DNA of 64,000 nucleotides from an uncultured cyanobacterium (GTDB lineage: Bacteria > Cyanobacteriota > Cyanobacteriia > Cyanobacteriales > Nostocaceae), in assembly GCA_963740315.1 (NCBI GenBank), contig CAVUDP010000002.1:3680001-3744000 (forward strand), written 5' to 3'. Under the pieces are notes generated by a model, which was given only the letters and a program-made list of their open reading frames with translations, ran no database searches and was not told the origin of the DNA. Positions 63,005-64,000 of the stretch are shown in pieces (position 1 is the first letter of the stretch; the number at the start of each line of letters is the position of its first letter). The position numbers were made by a program, and so were the translations under genes.

Positions 63005-63245
63005 AGTTTTTGGCAGTTGAATTTTGATAGAGGTTTGTATCAGAAATTATTAATATTATTGCTGTTTTGTATAAGTGATGAAAGGTTTTACCATTCTATT
63101 TTAAAACGTTTATATAATCTATTGTGATTTAACTAGATAAATATAATTTTTATTTAATTATTCGATGTCTAATGTTATAACAAAAATTTACTTACAGCAA
63201 AACACTATTGTTGTTTCAAATACTTGTAGTTATATAAAATATTTA

Positions 63246-63264
63246 TCCTCACAACTTCCTCAAA
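63246..63264 (+). promoter_or_regulatory. TCCTCA direct-repeat motif upstream of the usp gene
   Basis: TCCTCACAACTTCCTCAAA, then N9-TAAATT; 18/19 identical to the hsp20 copy. Confidence 0.65.
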
Positions 63265-63361
63265 TTTTAGATTTAAATTTAAATTGAATAAGTAAATAAC
63301 ACGAAAAAATATCTTTCATAGTTTTTTATTTTTTCATATTGCGATAGAAGAGGTAAATAAT

Positions 63362-63892
63362 ATGTTTAAGAAAATTTTAGTTGCCATAGACGATGGAGAC
63401 ACCAATCAAAATGTTTTTCGCGAAGCTATATCTTTAGCTTTAGTAACCGATGCTCAACTAATACTTACTCACGTAGTTCCTCCTTTCACTGAAATATATC
63501 CCGAACCTGGATACATTGCGGTACATGGTTATCATCCGACCATACATGGTGAAACCACAATTAATCACTATATGCAAAAATTAGAAGCTTTAGAAAGAGA
63601 AAGTATTAACTTGTTACAATCCTTTGCTTCGGAAGCTCAAGCTTGTGGTGTAAAAGCTGAAATTGTTCAAGCTACTGGTTCTCCTGGATTTATGATTTGT
63701 AAAGTTGCTCGCAATAGAAAAGTTGATTTGATTTTAATTGGTCGTCATGGACGTACCGGATTGAGTGAATTTTTCTTGGGTAGTGTTAGCAATTACGTGT
63801 TACACCATGCACCTTGCTCGGTTTTAACTATTCAAGGAAAGGTTCATCCACAGGAAGCCAATTCATTAACTATGGAAGCAGCTTTGATGTAA
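63362..63892 (+). CDS. Universal stress protein
   Basis: MFKKILVAID, DLILIGRHGRTG..LGSVSNYVLHHAPCSVL. Confidence 0.94.
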   Translation: MFKKILVAIDDGDTNQNVFREAISLALVTDAQLILTHVVPPFTEIYPEPGYIAVHGYHPTIHGETTINHYMQKLEALERESINLLQSFASEAQACGVKAEIVQATGSPGFMICKVARNRKVDLILIGRHGRTGLSEFFLGSVSNYVLHHAPCSVLTIQGKVHPQEANSLTMEAALM

Positions 63893-64000
63893 TTGGAAAG
63901 GAATTTTATATACCTCCTAAATAATTTTGGGAGGTATTGTATAAATGATGATTTTATAAAAAAGCTGTTCATAAAATACTTATATAAAATTCATCATTTT

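Overview
AT-rich chromosomal window from a cyanobacterium, probably a filamentous Nostocales strain (psaF-psaJ-psaL, frequent HIP1 GCGATCGC sites, short tandem repeats; the taxon is inferred). 1-39.3 kb is mostly core genome (remA, gmk, psaFJL, tsaD, tRNA-Pro, tic22, prmC, tsaC, secDF, pdhB, hemB, prfC, an RRM protein, sucrose-phosphate synthase, rqc2, a porin). It is interrupted by an orphan IscB-type omega-RNA element, a GC-richer SigK/RskA/fasciclin-like islet, a tnpB element without tnpA and a second ORF-less IS200/IS605 derivative. Directly after tRNA-Phe (about 39.4-55.05 kb) lies an integrated element truncated at its right end. It has a tyrosine integrase, a divergent regulator pair and a tightly coupled ~7 kb operon: an HTH protein, six small membrane proteins, an M23 peptidase, a lysozyme-like protein and a soluble FtsK/SpoIIIE ATPase. 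I recognise no capsid, terminase, relaxase or VirB4 gene. This is the best candidate for an undescribed system: TraB/AICE-like DNA transfer in a filamentous cyanobacterium. The element ends in a C5 methyltransferase overlapped by a second open frame. The last 9 kb (Rv2004c-like kinase, Hsp20, USP, and a fused REC-wHTH-Hpt...kinase) resembles a DosR-type stress regulon, with a shared 19-bp promoter motif. All functional calls come from motif recognition; no database searches were run.
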